Part shown: positions 30,940 through 41,159 of the stretch, piece by piece | How positions within the stretch are numbered: position 1 is the stretch's first letter | Layout of the letters: each line of letters opens with the position of its first letter | NCBI GenBank assembly: GCA_014444615.1 | Contig: PVXE01000003.1 | Location: forward strand, 83,793 to 147,792 | Source of the DNA: Tagaea sp. CACIAM 22H2 | Lineage (GTDB): Bacteria > Pseudomonadota > Alphaproteobacteria > CACIAM-22H2 | Length of the DNA: 64,000 bases | Direction: 5' to 3' | Program-made: the position numbers and the translations under genes | Notes under the pieces: generated by a model | Told to the model about the DNA's origin: nothing | Database searches by the model: none | Seen by the model: only the letters and a program-made list of their open reading frames with translations

Positions 30940-31946
30940 AGAAAGCATCCATCATCGGTGCGGGCGCTTGGGGTACGGCGATCGCGCAAACCCTTTCGCG
31001 CGCCGGGCTCGAGGCGATGCTGTGGGCACATGAAGCCGCGACGGTCGACGCGATCAATGCGACGCACGAGAACCCGGTTTTCCTAAAGGGCGTCGCACTC
31101 GCGAAGAACATCCGCGCGACGACCGATTTGGCCGAAGCGGTGAACAGCGCCGATTTGCTGGTGTGGGTGACACCCGCCCAGCATCTGCGCGCCACGCTGA
31201 CGAACGCCGCGCCGCATTTGCCGCCGGACGCCCCGTTGATCCTGGCGACCAAAGGCGTCGAGACGGGTACGGGCAAATTGATGAGCGACATCGCCGCCGA
31301 ATTGGCGCCGGGTCGCGCGATCGCCGTGTTGTCGGGCCCGAGCTTCGCGCGCGAAGTGGCGCTGGGCAAACCGACGGCCGTGACGATCGCGGCAGCCGAC
31401 GGCGTGCTCGCCGCGAAGCTTGCGTCGATTTGCGCCACGCCGGCTTTCCGCGTCTATTCCTCGACCGACGTGCCGGGCACGCAAGTCGGCGGCGCGGTCA
31501 AGAACGTGCTGGCGGTCGCGTGCGGCATCGTTGCGGGCAAAGACCTTGGCGACAACGCGCGCGCCGCGTTGATGACGCGCGGCCTTGCCGAAATGGTGCG
31601 ATTGGGTGTGGCCATCGGCGGCCAGCCCGAGACGCTGATGGGGCTTTCCGGCCTCGGCGACCTTTCGCTGACCTGCAACAACGACCAATCGCGCAATATG
31701 CGCTTCGGCATCGCGCTGGGGCGCGGGCTGACCAAGGACCAAGCGTTGCGCGATCCGAAACTCGGCCTCGTCCACGCGGCGGTCGAAGGGATCGATGGGG
31801 CCATCTCGGTCAACGAACTCGCCAAGCAGTGCCGCGTGGAAATGCCGATCTGCGCCGCCGTTTACGAAATCGTCCATCGCGGCGCCGATCCCGACGCGGC
31901 GATGCGAAGCCTGCTGGCCCGCCCCCTGAAGGAAGAGCGCGCATGA
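30936..31946 (+). CDS. gpsA: NAD(P)H-dependent glycerol-3-phosphate dehydrogenase
   Basis: 336 aa from MKKASIIGAGAWGTAIA; ATGA overlap with tsaD. Confidence 0.9.
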   Translation: MKKASIIGAGAWGTAIAQTLSRAGLEAMLWAHEAATVDAINATHENPVFLKGVALAKNIRATTDLAEAVNSADLLVWVTPAQHLRATLTNAAPHLPPDAPLILATKGVETGTGKLMSDIAAELAPGRAIAVLSGPSFAREVALGKPTAVTIAAADGVLAAKLASICATPAFRVYSSTDVPGTQVGGAVKNVLAVACGIVAGKDLGDNARAALMTRGLAEMVRLGVAIGGQPETLMGLSGLGDLSLTCNNDQSRNMRFGIALGRGLTKDQALRDPKLGLVHAAVEGIDGAISVNELAKQCRVEMPICAAVYEIVHRGADPDAAMRSLLARPLKEERA

Positions 31947-32356
31947 AATACTGGCTGATGAAATCGGAGCCCGACGTCTATCCCTGGTCCAAGCTGGTCA
32001 AGGACGGCACGGGCAATTGGGACGGCGTGCGCAACCACACCGCCAAGCTGAACCTGATGGCGATGCAGGTCGGCGACCGCGCGTTTTTCTACCATTCGAA
32101 TATCGGCAAGGAGATCGTCGGCGTGATGGAAGTCACCAAGACGGCGCATCCCGACCCGACCGCCGAGGAAGGCCCGTGGGTGCAGGTCACGGTGAAGCCC
32201 GTGGAAGTGGCCAAAACGCCGCTGACCCTGGCCGATATCAAAGCCACCCCCGAGCTCGCCGAGATGGCGCTGCTGAAATATTCGCGCCTGTCGGTTCAGC
32301 CGGTGACGCCGGCCGAGTGGAAATTCATCGCCAAACGGCTGGGCGTCAAAGCGTGA
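31943..32356 (+). CDS. EVE (PUA-like) domain protein
   Basis: 137 aa MKYWLMKSEPDVYPW...; ATGA overlap with gpsA. Confidence 0.75.
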   Translation: MKYWLMKSEPDVYPWSKLVKDGTGNWDGVRNHTAKLNLMAMQVGDRAFFYHSNIGKEIVGVMEVTKTAHPDPTAEEGPWVQVTVKPVEVAKTPLTLADIKATPELAEMALLKYSRLSVQPVTPAEWKFIAKRLGVKA

Positions 32357-32706
32357 CCGTTCTTTGCCGCCTCGACGAGATTTCGGACCCCGGTAGCGCC
32401 GGGTTCCTGATCGAGCAGGATAGCAAAGACCCGCGCGAGATTTTCGTCGTGCGCAAGGACGGCCATGTTTACGGCTATGTGAATATCTGCCCGCATGCGG
32501 GTGTGGCGCTGGCGGGCGGGGCCAACAACTTTTTGGCGCCGTCGGGCGATTTCATCCAATGCGGGCTGCACGGCGCCCTGTTCGCCATCGCGGATGGTGC
32601 GTGCGTCGCCGGCCCCTGCCGGGGCCGGTCGCTGACCAAACTTGATATCCGGGTCGTGACCAGCGATCTGGAATGCCCGGCGATCGTCTGGAACGACGGG
32701 GAATAG
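32353..32706 (+). CDS. Rieske (2Fe-2S) domain protein
   Basis: 117 aa from GTG; CPH...CxxH pattern (ICPHAGVAL ... [10 protein letters not shown]); GTGA overlap with EVE gene. Confidence 0.7.
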   Translation: MTVLCRLDEISDPGSAGFLIEQDSKDPREIFVVRKDGHVYGYVNICPHAGVALAGGANNFLAPSGDFIQCGLHGALFAIADGACVAGPCRGRSLTKLDIRVVTSDLECPAIVWNDGE

Positions 32707-32872
32707 CCCCCACCCTGCGTCCCCTTGTCACGCTGCGGAATGCGGTAAAGCGCAACCGGTTCGGCTTGTCGAACCCCGCCGCAACCGGATAAAACCATCG
32801 GGCGACGGGGTTGCGATCAACCGGCCCCGCCAGAATTCGCGCCCCAGACGTTGCGCCCAGGGAGAGCCGCCG

Positions 32873-34810
32873 ATGTCCGACGAATTATTCCCCGTTCCCG
32901 CCGATTTCGCCAAAAAGGCGTGGGTCGACGCCGCCAAGTATCAGGCGATGTACGACAAATCGATCGCCGACCCCGTCGGGTTCTGGGGCGAACACGGCAA
33001 GCGCGTCGACTGGATCAAGCCCTATACCCAGGTGAAGGACGTTTCCTATACCGGCAACGTCCATATCAAATGGTTCCACGACGGCACGTTGAACGTCGCG
33101 GCGAACTGCACCGACCGGCACCTCGCCAAGCGCGCGAACCAGACCGCGATCATCTGGGAAGGCGACGACCCGGGCGAGTCGAAGCACATCACCTATAAGG
33201 AACTGCACGAGCAATCGTCGCGCATGGCGAACGTGCTGAAGAAGCACGGCGTCAAGAAGGGCGACCGCGTCACGATCTATCTGCCGATGATCCCCGAGGC
33301 CGCCTACGCGATGCTGGCCTGTGCGCGCATCGGCGCGGTGCATTCGATCGTGTTCGGCGGCTTCTCGCCCGATTCGCTGGTCGGCCGCATCCAGGATTGC
33401 GATTCGAACTTCGTCATCACGGCCGACGAAGGTTTGCGCGGCGGGCGCAAAGTGCCGCTGAAGGCCAATGCGGACGCGGCGTTGAAATCCTGCCCGTCGG
33501 TCAAGAAGATGCTGGTCGTGAAGCGCACCGGCGGCAACGTCGCCTGGGAAGCGGGCCGCGATATCTGGTGGCACGACGAAGCCGCCAGTGTTGCCGCCGA
33601 CTGCCCGGCCGCCGAAATGTCGGCCGAGGATCCGCTCTTCATCCTCTACACCTCGGGTTCGACCGGCAAGCCCAAGGGCGTGCTGCACACCTCGGGCGGC
33701 TATCTCGTCTTCGCGTCGATGACGCATCAATACGTCTTCGACTATCACGACGGCGACATCTACTGGTGCACGGCCGATGTGGGCTGGGTCACGGGCCACA
33801 GCTATATCGTCTACGGGCCGCTGGCCAACGGCGCCACGACGCTGATGTTCGAAGGCGTGCCGAACTATCCGGACGCCTCGCGCTTCTGGCAGGTCGTCGA
33901 CAAGCACAAGGTCAATATCTTCTACACCGCCCCCACCGCCATCCGCGCGCTGATGCGCGAAGGCGAAGGCATGGTGAAGAAGACGAGCCGCGCGAGCCTG
34001 CGTTTGCTCGGCTCGGTCGGCGAGCCGATCAACCCCGAAGCCTGGCTTTGGTATCACCGCGTCGTCGGCGACCAGCGCTGCCCGATCGTCGATACGTGGT
34101 GGCAGACCGAAACCGGCGGCATTCTGATTACGCCGCTGCCCGGCGCCATTCCGACCAAGCCGGGTTCGGCGACCAAGCCGTTCTTCGGCGTGAAGCCGAT
34201 CTTGGTCGACAACGACGGCAAGCTGCTGGAAGGGGCGACCGACGGCAATCTGTGCATCGCCGATTCCTGGCCCGGCCAGATGCGCACCGTGTTCGGCGAC
34301 CATAAGCGTTTCGTCGAGACGTATTTCTCGACCTTCAAGGGCTACTACTTCACCGGCGACGGCTGCCGGCGCGACGCCGACGGCTATTACTGGATCACCG
34401 GCCGCGTCGACGACGTCATCAACGTCTCGGGCCATCGCATGGGCACGGCGGAGGTCGAATCCGCGCTGGTCGCGCATCCGAAGGTCGCGGAATCCGCGGT
34501 CGTCGGCTATCCGCACGACATCAAGGGCCAAGGTATTTACGCCTATGTCACGCTCAAGGCCGGCGAACACCCGACCGAGGAATTGCGCAAGGAATTGGTC
34601 GCCTGGGTGCGCAAGCAGATCGGCCCGATCGCCTCGCCCGATCTGATCCAATGGGCGCCCGGCCTGCCGAAGACGCGCTCGGGCAAAATCATGCGCCGCA
34701 TCCTGCGCAAGATCGCCGCGAACGAGCATTCGGCGCTGGGCGATACGTCCACGCTCGCCGATCCGACCGTGGTCGACGATCTGGTCAACAACCGGATGAA
34801 CAAGGCGTAA
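32873..34810 (+). CDS. acs: acetyl-coenzyme A synthetase
   Basis: 645 aa; AMP-binding motif [11 protein letters not shown] and Acs-specific N-terminus. Confidence 0.9.
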   Translation: MSDELFPVPADFAKKAWVDAAKYQAMYDKSIADPVGFWGEHGKRVDWIKPYTQVKDVSYTGNVHIKWFHDGTLNVAANCTDRHLAKRANQTAIIWEGDDPGESKHITYKELHEQSSRMANVLKKHGVKKGDRVTIYLPMIPEAAYAMLACARIGAVHSIVFGGFSPDSLVGRIQDCDSNFVITADEGLRGGRKVPLKANADAALKSCPSVKKMLVVKRTGGNVAWEAGRDIWWHDEAASVAADCPAAEMSAEDPLFILYTSGSTGKPKGVLHTSGGYLVFASMTHQYVFDYHDGDIYWCTADVGWVTGHSYIVYGPLANGATTLMFEGVPNYPDASRFWQVVDKHKVNIFYTAPTAIRALMREGEGMVKKTSRASLRLLGSVGEPINPEAWLWYHRVVGDQRCPIVDTWWQTETGGILITPLPGAIPTKPGSATKPFFGVKPILVDNDGKLLEGATDGNLCIADSWPGQMRTVFGDHKRFVETYFSTFKGYYFTGDGCRRDADGYYWITGRVDDVINVSGHRMGTAEVESALVAHPKVAESAVVGYPHDIKGQGIYAYVTLKAGEHPTEELRKELVAWVRKQIGPIASPDLIQWAPGLPKTRSGKIMRRILRKIAANEHSALGDTSTLADPTVVDDLVNNRMNKA

Positions 34811-34837
34811 GCGCCCGCTTCATCCTGCGGAACACGG

Positions 34838-34870
34838 AAACCCCGCCGGGCCAACCGGCGGGGTTTTTCG
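34838..34870. terminator. bidirectional intrinsic terminator between acs and MCP gene
   Basis: perfect CCCCGCCGG-GCCAA-CCGGCGGGG hairpin followed by TTTTT. Confidence 0.7.
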
Positions 34871-34877
34871 TTGCGCC

Positions 34878-36854
34878 TCAGGCGGCGCGCACGCCGTCGA
34901 GGAAACGCTTCACGTCTTCGCGCAGGCGTTCGGTTTGCGCCGCGACGTCGCCCGCACTCTTGCGCACGCCCGACGCGACTTCGCCGGTATGCGCGGCCGA
35001 TTGGCTGAAACCCGAAACGCCGCGCGAGACTTCGGCCGTGTCGCTCGCCACGCGCTGCACGGTCTGGGCGATTTCGCCGGTCGCCGCACCTTGCTCCTCC
35101 ACCGCCGCGGCGATCGCCGCCGCGATGGTCGAGATTTCGTCGATCGTGCCCGCGATGCCGCGGATCGCGACGACCGCGCCGTCCGACGCGCCCTGGATTT
35201 CGGCGATCTGGCGCGCGATTTCCTCGGTCGCCTTGGCCGTTTGCCCGGCGAGATTCTTCACCTCCGACGCGACGACCGCGAAACCCTTGCCCGCCTCGCC
35301 CGCGCGCGCCGCCTCGATCGTGGCGTTGAGGGCGAGCAGGTTGGTCTGCGAGGCGATGTCGTTGATGAGCTTGGTGACGTCGCCGATACGCGCGGCGACT
35401 TCGACCGGGCTTTCGACCGTCTTGGTCGCAGTGCGCGCCTGTTCGACCGCCTCGCCGCTTTTCGCGGCCGAGTTCGAGGCGCGGCTGGCGATTTCGCGGA
35501 CCGAGGCGGAGAGTTCCTCCGCCGAGGCCGCGACGGTTTGCACGCCGGTCGCCGCTTGTTCGGTGGAAGTGTTGAGCTGTTCGGCCTCGCGCGCCGTGGC
35601 GGCCGCCGTGTCGCTCATGCCCTTCGACGAGTCGTCCAGCACCGTCGCGGCCTGCGACAGGGCGCTGACCACGCCGCCGACCGAGCGTTCGAAGGAATCG
35701 GCCAACGCCAATGCCTGTTCGCGGCGCTGGCGTTCGGCATCGCGTTCGTGCGCTTCGGCTTCGGCGCGCAAGCGTTCGACCTCGACCAGCGCTTGGCGCA
35801 GCACATCGACCGATTTGGCCATGCGGCCGATCTCGTCGCCGCGTGACGTGCCCGGCACCTCGAGATCGGTCTTGCCGTCCTTGATCGCGTCGAGCGCCGA
35901 CGTCAGCGACAGGATCGGCTTGGAAATCCGGCGCGCGATGAACACGCCCAGCACGATCGCGACGGCCAGCACGGCCACCGCGCCCAGAATTTGCTGCATG
36001 CGCGCGGCGGCCGCGGCGGCACGGCGATCCGTGATGTCGCTGACGATTTCGGTCACACCGAAATTCACACCCGCTTTGCTGACCAGCTTTTCGGCGCGGA
36101 CGAGGAACGTGCGGTCGCCGGCCTGGATCTCGCGCAGGATTTTCTGGCCCGCGATGGCGCGCTTCATTTCATCGGCCGACAAAGCGGTCCCGCCGGCGCG
36201 CGTCGCGGCCAGGGTATTGAACTTATCGCCGTCGATCACATGGAACGCGACTTCGACGCCAAGCTTGCGCTTGACCGTCTCGGCGAAAGGCTGGGCCAGC
36301 GAAATCCCTGCGTCGATCGTGGCCATCGTCTTGTCGCCGTCCTTCACCGGCGCGGTCGCGAAAACGCTGAAATTGTCGCGGCCGGGTTCGAGGCCCGACG
36401 ACAGGCGCCCGTCGCGGAGCGCTTCGGTGACCGTGCGCCGGCGGCTTGTCACATCGTCGCCGAACGATTCGGGCGCGTGCGCGCGGTAGAAGGCGATACC
36501 CGGCGCGATCATCGTCGTAACCGTCGACAACCCCACCGCTTCGCGCGCTTGGGCCAGGGCCGGCCCTGCGATCGCGGCGACCGCCGCGCGATCCTGGCGC
36601 AACAGCGCGTCGCGGAAGGCGGGTACGGCGGACAGCGTCGAGACGATGCCGCGCACGACGGCGACCCGCGCCTCGATTTCGTCCATCACATCGGCTTGCG
36701 CCTGATCGATGGCGCGCAACTCGGCCGTTTCGTCCGCCCGTTTGCGCTCGTAGAACGAGATCGCGAACAGCGTTGCGGACGACAGCAGCGCGACGGCGAA
36801 GAAAGCCAAAATCAGCCGTGCGGCGAGCGATCCGAGTGTCTTTCCGATGAGCAT
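34878..36854 (-). CDS. methyl-accepting chemotaxis protein
   Basis: 658 aa; N-terminal TM, about 250-aa periplasmic sensor, second TM, HAMP, and MCP signalling domain with a conserved MCP signalling segment. Confidence 0.85.
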   Translation of the reverse strand: MLIGKTLGSLAARLILAFFAVALLSSATLFAISFYERKRADETAELRAIDQAQADVMDEIEARVAVVRGIVSTLSAVPAFRDALLRQDRAAVAAIAGPALAQAREAVGLSTVTTMIAPGIAFYRAHAPESFGDDVTSRRRTVTEALRDGRLSSGLEPGRDNFSVFATAPVKDGDKTMATIDAGISLAQPFAETVKRKLGVEVAFHVIDGDKFNTLAATRAGGTALSADEMKRAIAGQKILREIQAGDRTFLVRAEKLVSKAGVNFGVTEIVSDITDRRAAAAAARMQQILGAVAVLAVAIVLGVFIARRISKPILSLTSALDAIKDGKTDLEVPGTSRGDEIGRMAKSVDVLRQALVEVERLRAEAEAHERDAERQRREQALALADSFERSVGGVVSALSQAATVLDDSSKGMSDTAAATAREAEQLNTSTEQAATGVQTVAASAEELSASVREIASRASNSAAKSGEAVEQARTATKTVESPVEVAARIGDVTKLINDIASQTNLLALNATIEAARAGEAGKGFAVVASEVKNLAGQTAKATEEIARQIAEIQGASDGAVVAIRGIAGTIDEISTIAAAIAAAVEEQGAATGEIAQTVQRVASDTAEVSRGVSGFSQSAAHTGEVASGVRKSAGDVAAQTERLREDVKRFLDGVRAA

Positions 36855-36959
36855 CGTCTTTCCCCCAGCAATATGCAGCCAATTGATGCCACCCGCCGGG
36901 TTAAAGGGACGCTAACGCCGCCGCTTTCGCGCGCCGCGCGGGATACCTATATTCCCGCC

Positions 36960-37358
36960 ATGCTGTCGCGATTCGTTTCGAGCTTCGCCGTCACGGCCTT
37001 CGCGCTGTGGACCCTGCTTTGCCTTGGATTCTGGGGGGTTATCGCGCTTGGCGGCGATCTGCTGCGCTGGTTCGCCGGGATTTTGGGTGGCGACGATATC
37101 GCGCGATCCGTGCTCGGCTTTCTGGAAGCCTTCGGCACGTTTCTGTTGGCCTGGGTGTGGCTGGCGGGGGCGGCGCTGATCGCCTTCGCCGGGTTCACGC
37201 TGCGCCGGGCGGCGCGCCACGCGACGACGATCCGCGTGCAAACGGTCCAATTCGGGGAACGCGGCGATTGGGGTCCGCGCGAAATGAAGGACGTCACCCC
37301 GCCCAAAGGCGACGCGCCCGACATCGATCTCGATCAGAAAAGATTGCCGCCGCGCTGA
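36960..37358 (+). CDS. small hypothetical membrane protein
   Basis: 132-aa ORF with three hydrophobic segments; no obvious RBS; abuts convergent ubiH-like stop. Confidence 0.4.
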   Translation: MLSRFVSSFAVTAFALWTLLCLGFWGVIALGGDLLRWFAGILGGDDIARSVLGFLEAFGTFLLAWVWLAGAALIAFAGFTLRRAARHATTIRVQTVQFGERGDWGPREMKDVTPPKGDAPDIDLDQKRLPPR

Positions 37359-38591
37359 CTAAAGCGCTTCGCCGCGCATCAGCCGCGGCAAGCTGCCGAC
37401 CGTGCCCATCGCGTGGCGCATGAACAGCCGCTTCAACGGCGGCACGGCTTGCACGGCCGCAAGCCCCAGATCGCGCACGAGTTTGATCGGCGCGATATCG
37501 TTGGAGAACAGGCGCAGCAATCCGTCGGTGACGGCGGACATGCTGACCGTGTCGAGACCGCGCCAGCGCGCGTAAGCCTCCAAGCGCTCGGCCGAGCCGG
37601 GATCGAGGCCCAGGCGCTGGCCTTCGACCAGCACTTCGGCCAAGGCCGCCACGTCGCGCAGGCCCAGATTGAAACCTTGGCCGGCGATCGGGTGAATCCC
37701 ATGCGCCGCGTCCCCCGCCAGCGCCACGCGGCCTTCAAAAAATTTCTTCGCCTGGACGAAGACCAGCGGATAGACCCAGCGCGGCCCGGCAAGTTCGATC
37801 TTGCCGAGACCCCAGCCGAAACGCTCGGGGATCTCGTCGCAGAATTCGTCTTCGGGCAGGGCCGCGAACAATTTCGCGAGTTCGGATTTCTCGGTCCACA
37901 CGATCGACGAACGATGCGTCCCGTCGGGCGCGTCGTTGAGCGGCAGCACCGCGAAGGGCCCCGCGGGCAGAAAACGCTCATGCGCGATGCCGTCATGCGG
38001 CTTTTCGTGCCGGATCGAACAGACGATACCCGATTGCTCGTAATCCCAGCGCACGGCACCGATACCCGCGGCTTTGCGCAACGGCGACGGGCGCCCGTCG
38101 CAAGCGACGACCAGACGCGCGCGTAAGGTTTGCCCCGACGCAAGCGCCACGTCGGCATGCGTGGAACGCGAGACAACGTCGAGCGCTTTTTCCGGCGCCA
38201 TCAGCTTGACGCACGGTTCCATCGCCAACGCGGCGTAGAGGGCGCGGCGCGTGAACCGGTTTTCGACGATATAGCCGAAAGGTTCGTCGCCGATCTCGCG
38301 ATGGTCGTAATGCAGGAACAGCGATGAATCGCCGTCGGACACGCGGATGTCGCGGATGGGCGACGCATCTTGCGCAAGCGCCGGCCACAAACCGATCCCT
38401 TGCAGCACGCGCACCGAACCGAGCGCGATCGCCGAGGCGCGGCCATCGAACGCATCGGCGGCCCGCAATGCCGGCGTTTCGGGATCGACGACGACGCTGG
38501 CAATACCGCCGCGCGCCAAGGCCAAGGCCAACGTCAGGCCGACCAAGCCGCCGCCGACAATCGCGACATCGGTTTCGATCACATTCGACAT
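37359..38591 (-). CDS. UbiH/UbiF/COQ6-family FAD-dependent monooxygenase
   Basis: 410 aa; VAIVGGGLVGLTLALAL FAD motif and GDAAH motif. Confidence 0.85.
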   Translation of the reverse strand: MSNVIETDVAIVGGGLVGLTLALALARGGIASVVVDPETPALRAADAFDGRASAIALGSVRVLQGIGLWPALAQDASPIRDIRVSDGDSSLFLHYDHREIGDEPFGYIVENRFTRRALYAALAMEPCVKLMAPEKALDVVSRSTHADVALASGQTLRARLVVACDGRPSPLRKAAGIGAVRWDYEQSGIVCSIRHEKPHDGIAHERFLPAGPFAVLPLNDAPDGTHRSSIVWTEKSELAKLFAALPEDEFCDEIPERFGWGLGKIELAGPRWVYPLVFVQAKKFFEGRVALAGDAAHGIHPIAGQGFNLGLRDVAALAEVLVEGQRLGLDPGSAERLEAYARWRGLDTVSMSAVTDGLLRLFSNDIAPIKLVRDLGLAAVQAVPPLKRLFMRHAMGTVGSLPRLMRGEAL

Positions 38592-38803
38592 GGAGCTTTA
38601 TCTAGCAGAACCGACCGGCCCGTATCAGCGTTTCCGCGCGCGACGCCACGTCGCGGAGACCAACTCCGGTCAGTGCCGCGAAGAACGATCCAACTTGCGT
38701 GCGGCGCGGTTGCGCGCTTCCTGATTCAAGTCATTGCCGCCTCCAAATGAAACGTTATACTATTTCATATTAGAGTCGTCGGGGCGGTTTCGGAGGAAAA
38801 GAA

Positions 38804-39610
38804 ATGCGGATTTTCTTGGCTTTTGCGTTGATGGCGATGGCCGCCATACTCCCCGGCCAAGCATTGTCCCAAGAAGACGTGCTATCCCGCATCAAGGCCG
38901 CAGGCACGATTCGTATCGCCAACACACAAGGGCATGCGCCTTGGGACTTCCTTGACGCGAACAATCAACTCGTCGGCTTGGGCATCGATCTTGGGCGCGA
39001 GATCGCCAAGCGAATGGGCATCCCGAAAGTCGAGTTCATTCCCGCCCGGTTCCCCGATTTGATTCCCGGCGTGCAGGCCGGCCGATTCGACTTGGTTATC
39101 GCCGGGCACAGCATCACAGAGGAACGCGCGAAGATCGTCAGCTTCTCCGAGCCTTATATGGCGATCGGCACAAGCATTTTCGTCCGAGACGGCGACGAAC
39201 GAATCAAAACGCTCGACGATATCAACGGCAAATCGATCGGCACATTGGCCGGATCGACGACCGAAAAATATCTGACGGAAAAACACGCGGACAAGAAACT
39301 GGATATTCGCGCCTATGAGAACGCGACGCTCGCACTCACCGATCTCGCCGTCCGGCGCGTGGACGCGGTGATCTATTCGGACGATGCCGGCGCCTATATC
39401 GCGAATATCCGGAACTTACCGGTCCGTCGCGCGGTTCAGGTCAATAAAGAGATCAACGCGATGGTCTTCAAAAAAGATCAGGCGGCGTTCGAGAAGGCGT
39501 TGAACGCGGCATACGCTTCCATTCGCGACGACGGGACCTATAGCGCCTTATCCGCGAAGTGGCTCGGCACCGTCGATATGGCGGCCGAACTTAAAAAGGC
39601 GGGCCGGTAA
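38804..39610 (+). CDS. polar amino acid ABC transporter substrate-binding protein (low-GC, atypical codon usage)
   Basis: 268 aa with signal peptide; family-3 SBP; A/T-ending codons frequent, unlike neighbours. Confidence 0.8.
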   Translation: MRIFLAFALMAMAAILPGQALSQEDVLSRIKAAGTIRIANTQGHAPWDFLDANNQLVGLGIDLGREIAKRMGIPKVEFIPARFPDLIPGVQAGRFDLVIAGHSITEERAKIVSFSEPYMAIGTSIFVRDGDERIKTLDDINGKSIGTLAGSTTEKYLTEKHADKKLDIRAYENATLALTDLAVRRVDAVIYSDDAGAYIANIRNLPVRRAVQVNKEINAMVFKKDQAAFEKALNAAYASIRDDGTYSALSAKWLGTVDMAAELKKAGR

Positions 39611-39629
39611 GCCGAAGGCCAGCGGCGCG

Positions 39630-40334
39630 GTGATCGACCTTTTCGTTCGGGCGTGGCCCCTTCTCGTCGCCGGGACGGCAGCGACTATCGGCCTCGGGTT
39701 GGTGTCCTTCGCGCTTGCGCTGCCGGTCGCACTCGTCGTCGCGCTCTCGCGGCTCTATGGCGCAGCGCCGTTTCGCATCGTATCGCGCGTCTTCGTGTCG
39801 TTCATGTGCGGCACGCCCCTGCTCGTTCAAGTTCTCCTTCTTTATTACGGCCTTCCGCAGGTCGGGATCGTTTTGCCGCCGATCCCCACCGTCATCGCCG
39901 CCTTCGCGCTGCATTCGGGCGCGTTTATCGGAGAGGATCTGCGCGGCGCGATCGGCAGCGTCGACAATGGCCAATGGGATGCCGGCGCCGCGCTCGGCGC
40001 GAAGACCTCGGCGGTGCTTCTGCTGATCATCCTGCCCCAAGCGCTGCGCGCCGCCGTTCCAACACTCGGAACTCGGTTTATCGGCGTCATGAAGGAGACG
40101 TCTCTCGCGTCGGTCGTCACGGTCGTCGAGCTGACGCGCGTTGCGGAAAAGGTCGGCTCGTCCAGCTTCCGCTATCTCGAGATGTTCGTCATCGCGGCGG
40201 GCATCTACTGGCTTCTTTCCTTTTGCATCGCGCGACTTCAAGTTCTCGTTGAGCGCCGCTTGCAACGCGGGCGTCATGATGGCACGGCGAACGCCGATGC
40301 CGTGCGCCAGTGGCAACGCGCACGCGACCGATAG
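39630..40334 (+). CDS. polar amino acid ABC transporter permease
   Basis: 234 aa from GTG; EAA-like loop, 5 TM; no ATPase gene follows. Confidence 0.8.
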   Translation: MIDLFVRAWPLLVAGTAATIGLGLVSFALALPVALVVALSRLYGAAPFRIVSRVFVSFMCGTPLLVQVLLLYYGLPQVGIVLPPIPTVIAAFALHSGAFIGEDLRGAIGSVDNGQWDAGAALGAKTSAVLLLIILPQALRAAVPTLGTRFIGVMKETSLASVVTVVELTRVAEKVGSSSFRYLEMFVIAAGIYWLLSFCIARLQVLVERRLQRGRHDGTANADAVRQWQRARDR

Positions 40335-40462
40335 ACGCCAGCAAGCACGTCTCGATTCAGGCCCGGCGGTGGCGCGGGCAGAACGGTATGTCCGCAATTT
40401 CGCGCGCGTCGTTCGGTCGCGGGGCGATTTCATTTGCCACGGCAAATCGCAATGCGGCATGA

Positions 40463-40891
<429 letters not shown>

Positions 40892-40924
40892 TCTTCCGCA
40901 CTTCGCCTAAAAACTAGGCAGATT

Positions 40925-40955
40925 GACGGCCCGCTTAGCGGGCCGTCGTCATTTT
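40925..40955 (+). terminator. intrinsic terminator after glnK
   Basis: GACGGCCCGC-TTAG-CGGGCCGTC hairpin followed by GTCATTTT. Confidence 0.6.
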
Positions 40956-41058
40956 GGGGATTTGCGATCGAGTCCGGCCTATTTTCAAGGCACATCCATA
41001 ATCATTTGAATTCGCAGTTAAATCTCCGGCTTGTGCGTCGCACAACGCGACATTTTCC

Positions 41059-41076
41059 CTGGCACGATTCTTGACT
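41059..41076 (+). promoter_or_regulatory. sigma54-like promoter candidate for amtB
   Basis: CTGGCACGATTCTTGAC: -24 TGGCAC and imperfect -12 TTGA (consensus TTGC) about 85 nt upstream of amtB ATG. Confidence 0.35.
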
Positions 41077-41159
41077 CTATAAGCCGCCGCCCGGCGCAAC
41101 GGGTGCCGCAAGAAAGCTTCAAACGTCCCGGTCGAGTCCGGGCAAGCCAGGAGACGACA

